DNA of 64,000 bases, taken from Candidatus Lustribacter sp. (GTDB lineage Bacteria > Vulcanimicrobiota > Vulcanimicrobiia > Vulcanimicrobiales > Vulcanimicrobiaceae). The notes beneath the pieces were generated by a model that searched no databases, was not told the origin of the DNA, and saw nothing but the letters and a program-made list of their open reading frames with translations. Made by a program: the position numbers and the translations under genes. Every line of letters begins with the position of its first letter. Position 1 is the first letter of the stretch. The stretch lies in assembly GCA_965277805.1 (NCBI GenBank), contig OZ255842.1, positions 2,272,001 through 2,336,000 on the forward strand. Direction: 5' to 3'. Below, piece after piece: positions 47,314 to 56,423 of this stretch.

Positions 47314-48149
47314 ACGCCGACGTTGAAGCGAGCACGCTGCCGCCCGAGGAGCTGCTTGAAACGATCGGCCCCGACGACGTCTTCGCCAAACGCAAGCGTC
47401 GCTACATCGTCATTCGCATCTGCTCGATCATCTTCGCGTTCGCCATCTGGGAAGTGTTCGGACGGCAAGTCAATCCGCTCTTCATGTCCTACCCGAGTAA
47501 AATCGTGCTCGGCGCCCTCTCGCTGATCCAAGCCGGGACACTGCAAGCCGCATTGCTCGAGAGCTTGCGCACGCTCGTGCTGGGTTACGCCGGCGGTGCG
47601 TTGTTCGGTGTTCTCGTCGGCCTTGCGGTCGGACGTTATCGTGAAGTCGAGGCTGCGCTGGATTGGCTGATCAACGCCTTCTACGCAACGCCGCTGGTCG
47701 CATTGATTCCGCTCGTGATCCTCTGGTTCGGCCTCGGATTTACGGCGAAGCTGTTCATCGTCTTCCTATTCACGCTTTTTCCGGTGTTGATCAACACCTC
47801 GATCGGCGTGCGAAACGTGAACCGCTCCCTTATCGACGTGGGCGTTGCGTTCGTCGCCAACGAGCGCCAGATCTTCACGCGCATCATCCTGCCGGCGTCC
47901 CTGCCCTACGTCATGGCCGGCCTGCGCCTAGGCATCGGCCGCGCCATCATCGGCATGGTGACTGCCGAGTTCTTTACGGCGATCAGCGGCCTCGGCGGTC
48001 TGGTCGTCAAGTACGGCAACCAATTCCGCACCGACGAAATGCTCGTTCCGGTTATCATCCTCATGTGCCTCGGCGTTATCCTCACCGGGTCGCTGCAGCG
48101 CGCCGAACAACTCATCGCTCCCTGGAAGAGTAACGAGAACAATGAATAG
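47310..48149 (+). CDS. ABC permease, NitT/TauT family
   Basis: Hydrophobic; PLVALIPLVILWFG; LPASLPYVMAGLRLG. Confidence 0.92.
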   Translation: MNADVEASTLPPEELLETIGPDDVFAKRKRRYIVIRICSIIFAFAIWEVFGRQVNPLFMSYPSKIVLGALSLIQAGTLQAALLESLRTLVLGYAGGALFGVLVGLAVGRYREVEAALDWLINAFYATPLVALIPLVILWFGLGFTAKLFIVFLFTLFPVLINTSIGVRNVNRSLIDVGVAFVANERQIFTRIILPASLPYVMAGLRLGIGRAIIGMVTAEFFTAISGLGGLVVKYGNQFRTDEMLVPVIILMCLGVILTGSLQRAEQLIAPWKSNENNE

Positions 48150-49134
48150 CCCGATGAAGACGTTCACCATCGCCGTCAATCCTTATCCCCACGTGGCTGC
48201 TCTGAGGGACGGGCGCATCGCGCCTGCGGGGGCGAAGCTCGATTTCATCGAGGTCAACCCGATGATCGCGGCCTATCGCAAGATGGTTCGCAATCTCGAA
48301 TACGATATTTGTGAAGTCGCGGTCACGACGTACGTCGTCGCGAAGGCCTTCAACAAAGGGTTCACCGCCCTCCCGATCCCGCTCAACCATCTGTTCCATT
48401 TCGGCGATATCCAAGTCGGACTGGACACGGGCATCAACGCACCGGCCGACTTGGTCGGCAAGCGGGTCGGCGTGCGAGCCTACACCGTGACGACCGGCGT
48501 TTGGGTGCGCGGCATCCTGCAGAGCGAATACGGGGTCGACCCGGCGAAGATCACCTGGATTACCGACGACGAAGAGCACGTAGAGGAATTCATCGCACCG
48601 CCCAACGTGCTGGCGTCGGAGGGCGTGAGCCTGGTCGATCTCTTTCAAGAGGGCAAGATCGATGCGGCGTTTTCCGGCCGGGCCGGACTCGGCCGTTCGG
48701 GCGCGCCGCGCGAGGGCTGGGAAAAAGGGAATGCCGCGACGCCCGCCGTCCTGTCGACGCGCGAGTTTCGCGCTCTCTTTCCGAATGCCGGCGAACTCGA
48801 CGCCGCATGGTTCAAACGCACCGGAATCTACCCGATGCACGGGGTGGTGTGTTTGCGCGACTCCGTCATCGCAACAAACCCGGACCTGCCACGCGCCCTT
48901 TTCGACGCGTTCACGCGCGCCAAGGACGAATATCTCGCCGCCCTTGCCAAACGCGGCCCGCAAGATGCCGAAGACAAAAAATGGCTCGGCATGCAAGAGA
49001 TCGTCGGAGCTGACCCGCTACCATACGGGCTTCAGGCCAATATCAAGACGATCGACGCGCTCATCGATTTCGCGTTGAAGCAAAAGCTGATCTCGAAGCG
49101 CTACGCACCCGAAGAACTCTTTTACCCCATCTGA
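48142..49134 (+). CDS. 4,5-dihydroxyphthalate decarboxylase-like PBP-fold protein
   Basis: DLVGKRVGVRAYTVTTGVWVRGIL, GIYPMHG, DPLPYGLQAN; no signal peptide. Confidence 0.8.
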   Translation: MNSPMKTFTIAVNPYPHVAALRDGRIAPAGAKLDFIEVNPMIAAYRKMVRNLEYDICEVAVTTYVVAKAFNKGFTALPIPLNHLFHFGDIQVGLDTGINAPADLVGKRVGVRAYTVTTGVWVRGILQSEYGVDPAKITWITDDEEHVEEFIAPPNVLASEGVSLVDLFQEGKIDAAFSGRAGLGRSGAPREGWEKGNAATPAVLSTREFRALFPNAGELDAAWFKRTGIYPMHGVVCLRDSVIATNPDLPRALFDAFTRAKDEYLAALAKRGPQDAEDKKWLGMQEIVGADPLPYGLQANIKTIDALIDFALKQKLISKRYAPEELFYPI

Positions 49135-49156
49135 ATCCAGAACAGGAACCGATCTC

Positions 49157-50104
49157 ATGGCTGAAACCAAAACGCTTACGCTCAAAACCTTACTCGACAC
49201 GTATGGCCATACGCAGGCAATCAAAGACGGCACGCTGATCTCGCCGCGGCTGGCGTTTGATTTCGTCGACATCAAGCCGGTTAGCAGCGGGTTCGGGAAC
49301 ATGGCCGAACATCAAGAATTCGATTTTTCCGAGATGGCGATCGTTACGTTCATTCAAGCTCTCGCGCTCGGCAAGCCGATCTCATTGCTGCCGGCGGTGA
49401 TGCTGAACCGCTTTCATCACGGTTCGATCGTAAAAAAGACCGGCGGTACCGTTAGCGGGCCGAGGGATCTCAACGGCAAGAAGATCGGGGTTCGGGCATA
49501 CACGCAGACGACCGGCGTGTGGGTCCGCGGCATTCTGGGCGCGGAGTACGGGGTGGACCTCGACAGCATCACCAACGTCACCAATGAAGGCGGGCACCTC
49601 AAAGACTACGTGGAGCCGAAGAATGTCGTGCGTTCGCCGGGCGGGAAAAAAATGCTCGACATGCTCCTCGACGGCGACATCGATGCCTGGATCGCCGGCC
49701 GCGAAGCGCCGAAAACTCCAGCCATTGAGCCGCTGATTCCCAACGCGAGCGAAGCTGCGCTCGAATGGTTCGCGCGGGTCCAGGCCTTCCCGATCAACCA
49801 CATGGTGGTGCTCAAAAACTCGACGATCGACGCGAACCCGTGGCTGCCGGCCGAGTTATTCGGCCTGCTCAAAAGCGGTAAAGCCGCTTATCTGGCCGAT
49901 CTCAAGACGCGCCCGGCGACCGATCCCGACGAAGAGTACCGCAAGAAGCTGCTGATGGCCGGCGGCGATCCGCTACCGTTCGGCATCGAGGCGTTGCGCA
50001 AGTCGCTGACGGTCGTGATCGACTATGCGTTGGCCCAGAAGCTGATTCCGCGCCGCTATAGCGTCGACGAACTGTTCGATCCGCGCACGCGGGACCTGGC
50101 TTGA
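49157..50104 (+). CDS. 4,5-dihydroxyphthalate decarboxylase-like PBP-fold protein (tandem paralogue)
   Basis: FDFSEMA, DLNGKKIGVRAYTQTTGVWVRGIL, FPINHMVV, DPLPFGIEA; no signal peptide. Confidence 0.8.
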   Translation: MAETKTLTLKTLLDTYGHTQAIKDGTLISPRLAFDFVDIKPVSSGFGNMAEHQEFDFSEMAIVTFIQALALGKPISLLPAVMLNRFHHGSIVKKTGGTVSGPRDLNGKKIGVRAYTQTTGVWVRGILGAEYGVDLDSITNVTNEGGHLKDYVEPKNVVRSPGGKKMLDMLLDGDIDAWIAGREAPKTPAIEPLIPNASEAALEWFARVQAFPINHMVVLKNSTIDANPWLPAELFGLLKSGKAAYLADLKTRPATDPDEEYRKKLLMAGGDPLPFGIEALRKSLTVVIDYALAQKLIPRRYSVDELFDPRTRDLA

Positions 50105-51054
50105 ACAAGCGCGCATTCCTCAGTTTGACCGCCGGTGCCGCGGGCGGAGCGCTGCTCCCTGCGCGCTCCGGCGTGCGCGCGCAAGAGAACCCGACGATTC
50201 GTATCGGCACGCTCATTTCGGATAACGCCGCGGTGCCGCTCTACGGCGTCGATACGAACATGTTTGCACAAGCCGGGCTGAACGTCGTCGTGCAGCCATT
50301 CACGAACTACGGCGCGCTTCAAGGGGCGATCGCCGGCAAGGCACTCGATGTGGGCATCCTCGATACGCTTGCTGCCGCCGTCGGCGCGTCGCGTGGGATT
50401 CCGTTCACGATCTTCGCCGCGGCGTCGACGCAGATCGCAAAAACGCCGACGATGTTATTATGCGTAGCCAAAGCCTCACCATTGCGGTCGGGGCGGGAAC
50501 TCGAGGGCAAAACGATCGCGGTCGCGAGCCTCGGCGGCTCGGCCGAAGCGACGCTGCGGGCATGGCTCGGGAAAGAGGGCGTCGAGCAGAACAAATTTGG
50601 GTTGATCGAACTGCCGCTGCCGCAAATGGCTCCGGCGCTCGAACGCGGCACGGTCGCCGCCGCCGAAATCTTTGAGCCCGCGCTCACCGTTGCGCGACTC
50701 GCCGGCGCCCGTCCGTTCGGGCGCGTCTACGATGCGGTCGCACCGCAATTCTATCCCAACGTTTGGGTTACGACCACCGAGTACGTCCAAGCCAACGGCC
50801 CGCTGATGAAGCGGCTCGCCGCAACGGTCTACAAGATCGCCGCTTGGGCCAACGCACATCAACGCGAGTCCGGCGCGATCCTCATGAAGTATTCCAAGCT
50901 CGATCCGGAGGTCGTCGCCGCGATGACGCGCACCCAGTACAGCACGTCCCTCGAGCCCAAACTACTTCAGCCCCTAATTGAGGTTGGGGCGAAGTTCGGC
51001 ATGCTGGCCGCGCCGATGAACGGGGCAATGCTGATCGCACCCGGTTTTCACTAG
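50101..51054 (+). CDS. ABC substrate-binding protein, NitT/TauT family
   Basis: TTG start, NKRAFL leader; FAQAGL; ELEGKTIAV; LQPLIEVGAKFG. Confidence 0.85.
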   Translation: MNKRAFLSLTAGAAGGALLPARSGVRAQENPTIRIGTLISDNAAVPLYGVDTNMFAQAGLNVVVQPFTNYGALQGAIAGKALDVGILDTLAAAVGASRGIPFTIFAAASTQIAKTPTMLLCVAKASPLRSGRELEGKTIAVASLGGSAEATLRAWLGKEGVEQNKFGLIELPLPQMAPALERGTVAAAEIFEPALTVARLAGARPFGRVYDAVAPQFYPNVWVTTTEYVQANGPLMKRLAATVYKIAAWANAHQRESGAILMKYSKLDPEVVAAMTRTQYSTSLEPKLLQPLIEVGAKFGMLAAPMNGAMLIAPGFH

Positions 51055-51071
51055 CGAGGAGTACCGCTACC

Positions 51072-51818
51072 ATGAGTGCCGAGAAGCCCGCGCCGCGCAG
51101 TCCGTGGTCCTACATTCAGCCCTGGGACATTGATTCGATCGCGGTCGATATTCAGGATGAAGAACAGCGTCGCGGTTGGATGCGCGCGATGTTCGTTGCA
51201 GGCGGACTACCCTACATGTGGCGCGAGCTGGCGCAACCGATGCGTGACGTGGTGTACGGCCTGCTGGAACTTAGGGCGGAAGACCGCGTGCTCATGATCG
51301 GCGAAGGCGTCGAGCCGTGCGGCTTTGCCGATGACATCCGGAAGCGCATCGGCCAGAACGGCGTGCTCGACGTCTTCGAGATTATTCGCGACGGCCGCGC
51401 CGCAGTTCAGACGCGGAAGATCGGCCGCAACGGCAAGATCGGCTGCTGGCGCTGGGAGTATGCGAGCGGCGTGCCCGATAACACGTATGACGCGGTGGCC
51501 GTCATGCAATCGGCCCAACACTGCGACGATTGGAACGAAACGGGCGCCGAACTCGTTCGCGTGTTACGTCCCGGCAGAATGATCGTTTCGGCTGAAATGT
51601 GCCTCGACGGCGATCGCTTCACCGGTCGGGTAAACGCCGACGTCCATATCCGGCAGTGGTACGACAAGATGTTTCCCGGCGGGCGCAGCGAGATTTCCAA
51701 TTACAGTGGCGAAGAGCTGCTGGCCTTGATCGGCCCGCACGTTAGCGGCGGACAGTGTATGGATTGGCGCGGCATCGAAGTGTTCTGGGGCCGGAAAGCC
51801 GCCCACGACCCCGTCTAG
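51072..51818 (+). CDS. Putative class I SAM-dependent methyltransferase-like protein
   Basis: LELRAEDRVLMIGEG, PDNTYDAV, ELVRVLRPGRMIV; GAGGAG SD; Gly motif degenerate. Confidence 0.6.
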   Translation: MSAEKPAPRSPWSYIQPWDIDSIAVDIQDEEQRRGWMRAMFVAGGLPYMWRELAQPMRDVVYGLLELRAEDRVLMIGEGVEPCGFADDIRKRIGQNGVLDVFEIIRDGRAAVQTRKIGRNGKIGCWRWEYASGVPDNTYDAVAVMQSAQHCDDWNETGAELVRVLRPGRMIVSAEMCLDGDRFTGRVNADVHIRQWYDKMFPGGRSEISNYSGEELLALIGPHVSGGQCMDWRGIEVFWGRKAAHDPV

Positions 51819-52774
51819 GCGATGATATCCTGTGCCGGAAAACTCTTTGGGATGACCTGATATTTGGCCGAAGCATCGATGACCGGCTGGATATCGCGCG
51901 GTTCGAGACCCGAAAAATAATGCGAACGCGGACCGCGTGCGATCGCCGCAGCGTCGACGCCGGTATACTTCGCAAGAATCGGAGCCGTTTCCCGAGGATG
52001 CGCGTTACTGTATGCCGTCGCTTTTGCCAAGGCGGTGGCGAAGGCCCGAATGGTAGCAGAATTTTTTTGCGCATAGCCGGGAGTCGAAATCCACGCTGCG
52101 GCGAGGTAGCGCGATGCAATGCCTTGCGATGGATCACCCAACGTCCGGCACAGGCCACTATCCAAGAGATTCGAAAGCAGCGGAAGGCCCACGCCGGCAG
52201 CGTCGATCCGGCCGGCGTCGAGGCCGGGGCCGATACCCGGACCGTTTAGCTCGGTGAATTGGACCGTCTCCGAGCGACCCCCGGTCTGATCGACCCAGCG
52301 CCGGATGTTAACGTACATCTCGCTCTGGAGCGCCGGTACGGCGATGATTTTGCCACCCAAATCGGCTGGGTGCTGATACAGCGCGCCCGCCTTTACGACG
52401 AGGCCGGTCGTGATCGGATCCGCCTTGTCGTAGATTACTGCGCCCGCAACAAGCGTCAACGGAATACTGTGCGTGTGAGCCGTCAGCAGGGAGAACAAAC
52501 TCGACAGCCCGATGTCGAGCGACCCGCCGATGATGGCCGCCGCAACGGCCGAACCGCTGGGGATCACCTCAATCGATACGTCGAGTCCGGCATCGGCGAA
52601 CAGCCCCGCGGCCTGCGCGTAGACGGCCGGTGTCGCGGGATCGAAGTTCAAGATTCCGAGGCGTACGTGACCTTCAGCCGCGATCGCAGGCCGGCGCGGA
52701 CCAAGCGCGGCGACGCCCATCGGCAGCGCTGCCAGACCGGCGATCACATTGCGGCGGCTGTGCAAGCTTCTCAT
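51815..52774 (-). CDS. ABC substrate-binding protein, NitT/TauT family
   Basis: SRRNVI Tat-like leader; SGSAVAAAI; GRIDAA; QPVIDASAKY. Confidence 0.85.
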   Translation of the reverse strand: MRSLHSRRNVIAGLAALPMGVAALGPRRPAIAAEGHVRLGILNFDPATPAVYAQAAGLFADAGLDVSIEVIPSGSAVAAAIIGGSLDIGLSSLFSLLTAHTHSIPLTLVAGAVIYDKADPITTGLVVKAGALYQHPADLGGKIIAVPALQSEMYVNIRRWVDQTGGRSETVQFTELNGPGIGPGLDAGRIDAAGVGLPLLSNLLDSGLCRTLGDPSQGIASRYLAAAWISTPGYAQKNSATIRAFATALAKATAYSNAHPRETAPILAKYTGVDAAAIARGPRSHYFSGLEPRDIQPVIDASAKYQVIPKSFPAQDIIA

Positions 52775-53646
52775 GCGCTGGCGAGAGCTTTCTTTTGAAT
52801 CAAGTCATCGACGATCTGAGCGACCTTCTCGGGCTGATCGGTCTGCGCTTGGTGCCCGGCCTGCGGTATCCAGTGGAATTTTACATCCGGAAGAATCGCT
52901 TCGAGTTTTTTGCCGAGTTCCGGCGGTGCGAAGATATCGTCGTGGCCCCAGATGAAAACGGTCGGGATTGCCTTCGCCAAGAGCGGTAACGTTTCGCGCA
53001 TATCAAAGCTTGCGAACAACAACGGGTTGTTGCGTACGGCAGCGATGGATTTGTCGGAGGCCGCGAACGCGTCCATTGCGCCCGGGCGCGTCGCGGAGGC
53101 TTGACGCAAGTCGATCAGCGCGTCGGTCACCACCTCCGGCCGCGCGCATAGACCTTTCATGAGCCGTTCCATTCCGGCCCGCGTTCCATCATAGCCTTGA
53201 AGAAGTTTCATCCCCTCGGTTTGGCCGAGCGGGATGCCGAGCGCCGAACCGATGGTGAGGCTCGATAGCAGGACGACGTTTTCGACGCGGTCCGGATGGG
53301 TGATCGCATAGCGCGCGACACACCATGCTCCTTGAGAGTTCCCGAGCAGCGTCGCTTTCTCGATGCAAAGCGTCTCGAGGAACGCAGCAGCATGATCGAC
53401 GCGGCTCTGCAAGCCGTCGTGCAACGGAACCGGATCGGTAAGACCGTACGCTCCGACGGAGTCGAGCCCGATGACGCGGTAGCGGTCGCCGAGCAACTCG
53501 AAGAGCCGGCCGAGGCCCGCGGCTCCGGACGAGCCGTGGCCGCCGCCGTGCATGCCCAGGATCACCGGACCGTCGCCGCCGCTCTCGGTGTAATGCGTCT
53601 TGACCCCGTTGACCATGACGAACCGGGACCTGCGTTCTGCAGTCAT
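52771..53646 (-). CDS. alpha/beta hydrolase, meta-cleavage product hydrolase (MhpC/BphD)-like
   Basis: MHGGGHGSSG, GNSQG, WGHDD, AGHQAQTDQP; GGAG SD before ATG 53646. Confidence 0.8.
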   Translation of the reverse strand: MTAERRSRFVMVNGVKTHYTESGGDGPVILGMHGGGHGSSGAAGLGRLFELLGDRYRVIGLDSVGAYGLTDPVPLHDGLQSRVDHAAAFLETLCIEKATLLGNSQGAWCVARYAITHPDRVENVVLLSSLTIGSALGIPLGQTEGMKLLQGYDGTRAGMERLMKGLCARPEVVTDALIDLRQASATRPGAMDAFAASDKSIAAVRNNPLLFASFDMRETLPLLAKAIPTVFIWGHDDIFAPPELGKKLEAILPDVKFHWIPQAGHQAQTDQPEKVAQIVDDLIQKKALASA

Positions 53647-53673
53647 TATCGCTCCATTCTCGGGCTTTTGCAA

Positions 53674-53774
53674 ACGAAATCATATTTTAATCAACTAGGC
53701 AACCCCTCCTGGCGGGAAGAACGGCAGGGGTGTCCGCGCGAACGGTCAAACTTTATAACGAAATGATATTTTAA
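53674..53774. promoter_or_regulatory. Two copies of the 17-bp motif ACGAAATSATATTTTAA in a divergent promoter
   Basis: 53674-53690 ACGAAATCATATTTTAA and 53758-53774 ACGAAATGATATTTTAA (16/17 identical). Confidence 0.75.
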
Positions 53775-53801
53775 CATCGTGGATCAAGAAAGGGAACGCC
53801 G

Positions 53802-54959
53802 GTGAGAGCTGGACATCGCGTCTGGGACGCCGACACGCACGTACGCCCAACGCTCGAAACCCTCGAACCTTACTACGACCCGGCTTTGCGCGCGCGAGTC
53901 GGTGAACTGGAAGACTACAAAGATGAGGTGATCGGCACCGAGCGCGTCACGCGCAAGGTGGGCAATCACGATTACACCTTCCCCGGCTACCTCGTCTTCC
54001 GGCGTACTCTTGGATACGATGTTCGCGATTCGGTGCCGCAGCGCGGCAGCGGCAAGAAGTTCATGGGCACCGAAGCCCCGAGCGCCAACACCGAAGACGA
54101 CGACCCGGACGCACGTCTGCGTGATATGGACCGCGAAGGTGTCGACGTACAGTTGCTCGTGCCCGGTCAGCCCAACCCGGTTGGACTAACCGACTTGGAG
54201 TTGCAGCTCGGCTTCGTGCGCGCATTCAACCGCTACGTCGCGGACTTCGCGTCCAAGGCTCCCGAACGGCTGAAGGTGCTCCTACCGGTGCTCGGCACCG
54301 CTCCCGAGGCCTGCGCCCAAGAGATTCGGCGTTACGCCGGCCAGCGCTGGATGGTCGGGGTGTGGCCGGTCGTCGGTAACGATCTACCGCTCGATCATCC
54401 GTCGCTGGCACCGATTTGGGAAGCGTGCGATGAAGCGGGGCTCGCCGTCGTGCACCACTCGCTGTCGAACGTCGCGCCCTACTTCCCCGGCTATCGCGAT
54501 CTCTGGGATAGCCGCACGCTCGGACGCGCCGCATCGCATCCGTGGGGTGCGATGCGCGCGCTCGGCGCCTTCCTCGGCGGCGGTTTGCTCGAAAAGTATC
54601 AAAACTTGCGTTTCGGTATCCTCGAGAGCGGGTGCGGCTGGTTGCCGTTCTGGGCGCGACGCGTCGACGATCAAATCGAGTATCTCGGCGGCGCTGCCCC
54701 GTTAAAGGAAACGGTCGAGGAGCAGATGCGCGGGGGCCGCTTCTTCGCAAGCTTGGAGATGGCGGAAAAGGAAGACATGGTGAAGATGGTCGTCGATTTT
54801 CTCGGCGACGGCGTCCTCATGTACGCTTCCGACTATCCGCATCCGGAATGCCGCTATCCCGAATCGGTCGACACGTTCCTGGGCTGGTCGACGATGTCGG
54901 AGAGCCTGAAAAATAAGTTGCTCTGGGAGAACGCGGTGAAGTTCTACGGTGAACCATAA
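53802..54959 (+). CDS. Amidohydrolase_2 family protein
   Basis: WDADTHV, RLRDMDREGVD, LESGCGWLP, MYASDYPHPE, ENAVKFY. Confidence 0.85.
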   Translation: MRAGHRVWDADTHVRPTLETLEPYYDPALRARVGELEDYKDEVIGTERVTRKVGNHDYTFPGYLVFRRTLGYDVRDSVPQRGSGKKFMGTEAPSANTEDDDPDARLRDMDREGVDVQLLVPGQPNPVGLTDLELQLGFVRAFNRYVADFASKAPERLKVLLPVLGTAPEACAQEIRRYAGQRWMVGVWPVVGNDLPLDHPSLAPIWEACDEAGLAVVHHSLSNVAPYFPGYRDLWDSRTLGRAASHPWGAMRALGAFLGGGLLEKYQNLRFGILESGCGWLPFWARRVDDQIEYLGGAAPLKETVEEQMRGGRFFASLEMAEKEDMVKMVVDFLGDGVLMYASDYPHPECRYPESVDTFLGWSTMSESLKNKLLWENAVKFYGEP

Positions 54960-54972
54960 CGTGGAGTCGACG

Positions 54973-55314
54973 ATGACTCGCGTTTTCTCACTGGAGCAAT
55001 TGCCGCCCGGAATGGCTCGAATGGAACCCATTGGCGAACAGTACATCGCCTTCTTCAACATCGACGGCACGATCTACGCCGTCGACGACACCTGCCCGCA
55101 TCTCGGCGGCCCGCTACACGATGGAAACGTCGACCCCGACGAGCTGCTTGTCACCTGCCCGCTTCATAACTGGCGCTTCAGTCTCTGCGACGGCACGATG
55201 CGTCCGGGGCGGCGGCGCATTGCGACATACGATGTCGAGATCCGGGACGGTAATGTCTACGTTAATACCGCGCCGCGACCCGTGGTCCCGGCCGATCAGC
55301 CCCCAGCGCCCTAG
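54973..55314 (+). CDS. Rieske [2Fe-2S] ferredoxin
   Basis: YAVDDTCPHLGGPL...VTCPLHNWRF; GGAG SD. Confidence 0.9.
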   Translation: MTRVFSLEQLPPGMARMEPIGEQYIAFFNIDGTIYAVDDTCPHLGGPLHDGNVDPDELLVTCPLHNWRFSLCDGTMRPGRRRIATYDVEIRDGNVYVNTAPRPVVPADQPPAP

Positions 55315-56423
55315 TTCGACGGAACCTTCTGCTTGGCCGCCGAGCCGACGATGTGCGAGACGCTTCCGATGCCGTCCGCTTTCAGCAGAGCGAGCAATTC
55401 TTCGTTCACCCGGCGAGCCAGCGACGGGCCCTGAAAGATCAGCGCCGTCACGAACTGGACGAGGCTCGCGCCGGCCTTCAACGCAGCGTACGCGTCGTGC
55501 CCGGAGCGAATGCCGCCCGACGCGATGAGCGCATAGCGCGCCGGATCGGCGCGCACGTACCACTCGCGTACGGACTCGAGCATCGCCGGAAGGCCGAGCG
55601 CCGGGCTCGATAGCGACCCCGTCAACGCTTCCCATGTCGATGCAGGCGTGTTGAGCCCCACGTACGGGCGCGCGCTGATCGTGTTGACCCGAAAACCGCG
55701 CACAAACGGGAAATCGTCCGTGACGCGCAGCACCGATTCGATCGCATCGAACGGAACGCGGATCTTGATGAACACCGGCGGCAAACTGCCGGTTGCGCCG
55801 ATCGCCTCCAACAGGCGCCGCAAATTGTCCATGCGCGCAAGCGGATGCACGCCCGGCGCGTTCGCGCATTCCGCGCTGATGGCGAGAAAGCGCCCCAGCG
55901 GAGCAAACGTCGCGGCCGCTGATGCTAATTCGGCGATCACCTCAGCCGGCTCAACGGGGCGGCCCGTGTTCGTCTCGACGATGTTCACGCCCAACGGCAC
56001 TGCGCTGTCGGCAAGTGCGACGCGGCGCGCCACGACCTCGGCCCCGTCGTTGGGCACACCGTAGTTCACGATTACCGCTTCGTCCGCCGGCAGACGGAAC
56101 ACGCGCGGCCGCGCCGGATTGCCCGCCGACGGCCAACGTGAAACCGAACCGATCTCGAGAAAGCCGAAGCCCATGCGCGAGAGCAGCGCGATGCCCTCGC
56201 CGCTCTTGTCATAGCCGGCGCCCAAACCGACCGGGTTCGGGAACCTGATCCCGGCCACGTCCGTCACCAAGCGCGCATCCTGCGGCGCACCCCAACGCTT
56301 TTGCGCGAACGCGCGCGCCGCGGGAACGCGTCCCGCGAGCGCGCTCGCCTGCATGGCGAGATGATGCGCCCGTTCCGGATCGAGCCGGAACAGGATCGGC
56401 TTGACGTGACGGTAGAGGCTCAT
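55311..56423 (-). CDS. Class 2 (quinone) dihydroorotate dehydrogenase-like flavoenzyme, divergent active site
   Basis: LFRLDPERAH, FPNPVGLGAGYDK, GFGFLEIGSV, RPRVFRL, IASGGI, AGASLVQ, QGP. Confidence 0.8.
   Translation of the reverse strand: MSLYRHVKPILFRLDPERAHHLAMQASALAGRVPAARAFAQKRWGAPQDARLVTDVAGIRFPNPVGLGAGYDKSGEGIALLSRMGFGFLEIGSVSRWPSAGNPARPRVFRLPADEAVIVNYGVPNDGAEVVARRVALADSAVPLGVNIVETNTGRPVEPAEVIAELASAAATFAPLGRFLAISAECANAPGVHPLARMDNLRRLLEAIGATGSLPPVFIKIRVPFDAIESVLRVTDDFPFVRGFRVNTISARPYVGLNTPASTWEALTGSLSSPALGLPAMLESVREWYVRADPARYALIASGGIRSGHDAYAALKAGASLVQFVTALIFQGPSLARRVNEELLALLKADGIGSVSHIVGSAAKQKVPSN

Noticed and set aside
53674-53774. 17-bp direct repeat as a CRISPR or attachment site
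   Set aside because: Only two short copies and no cas or integrase genes; better explained as operators
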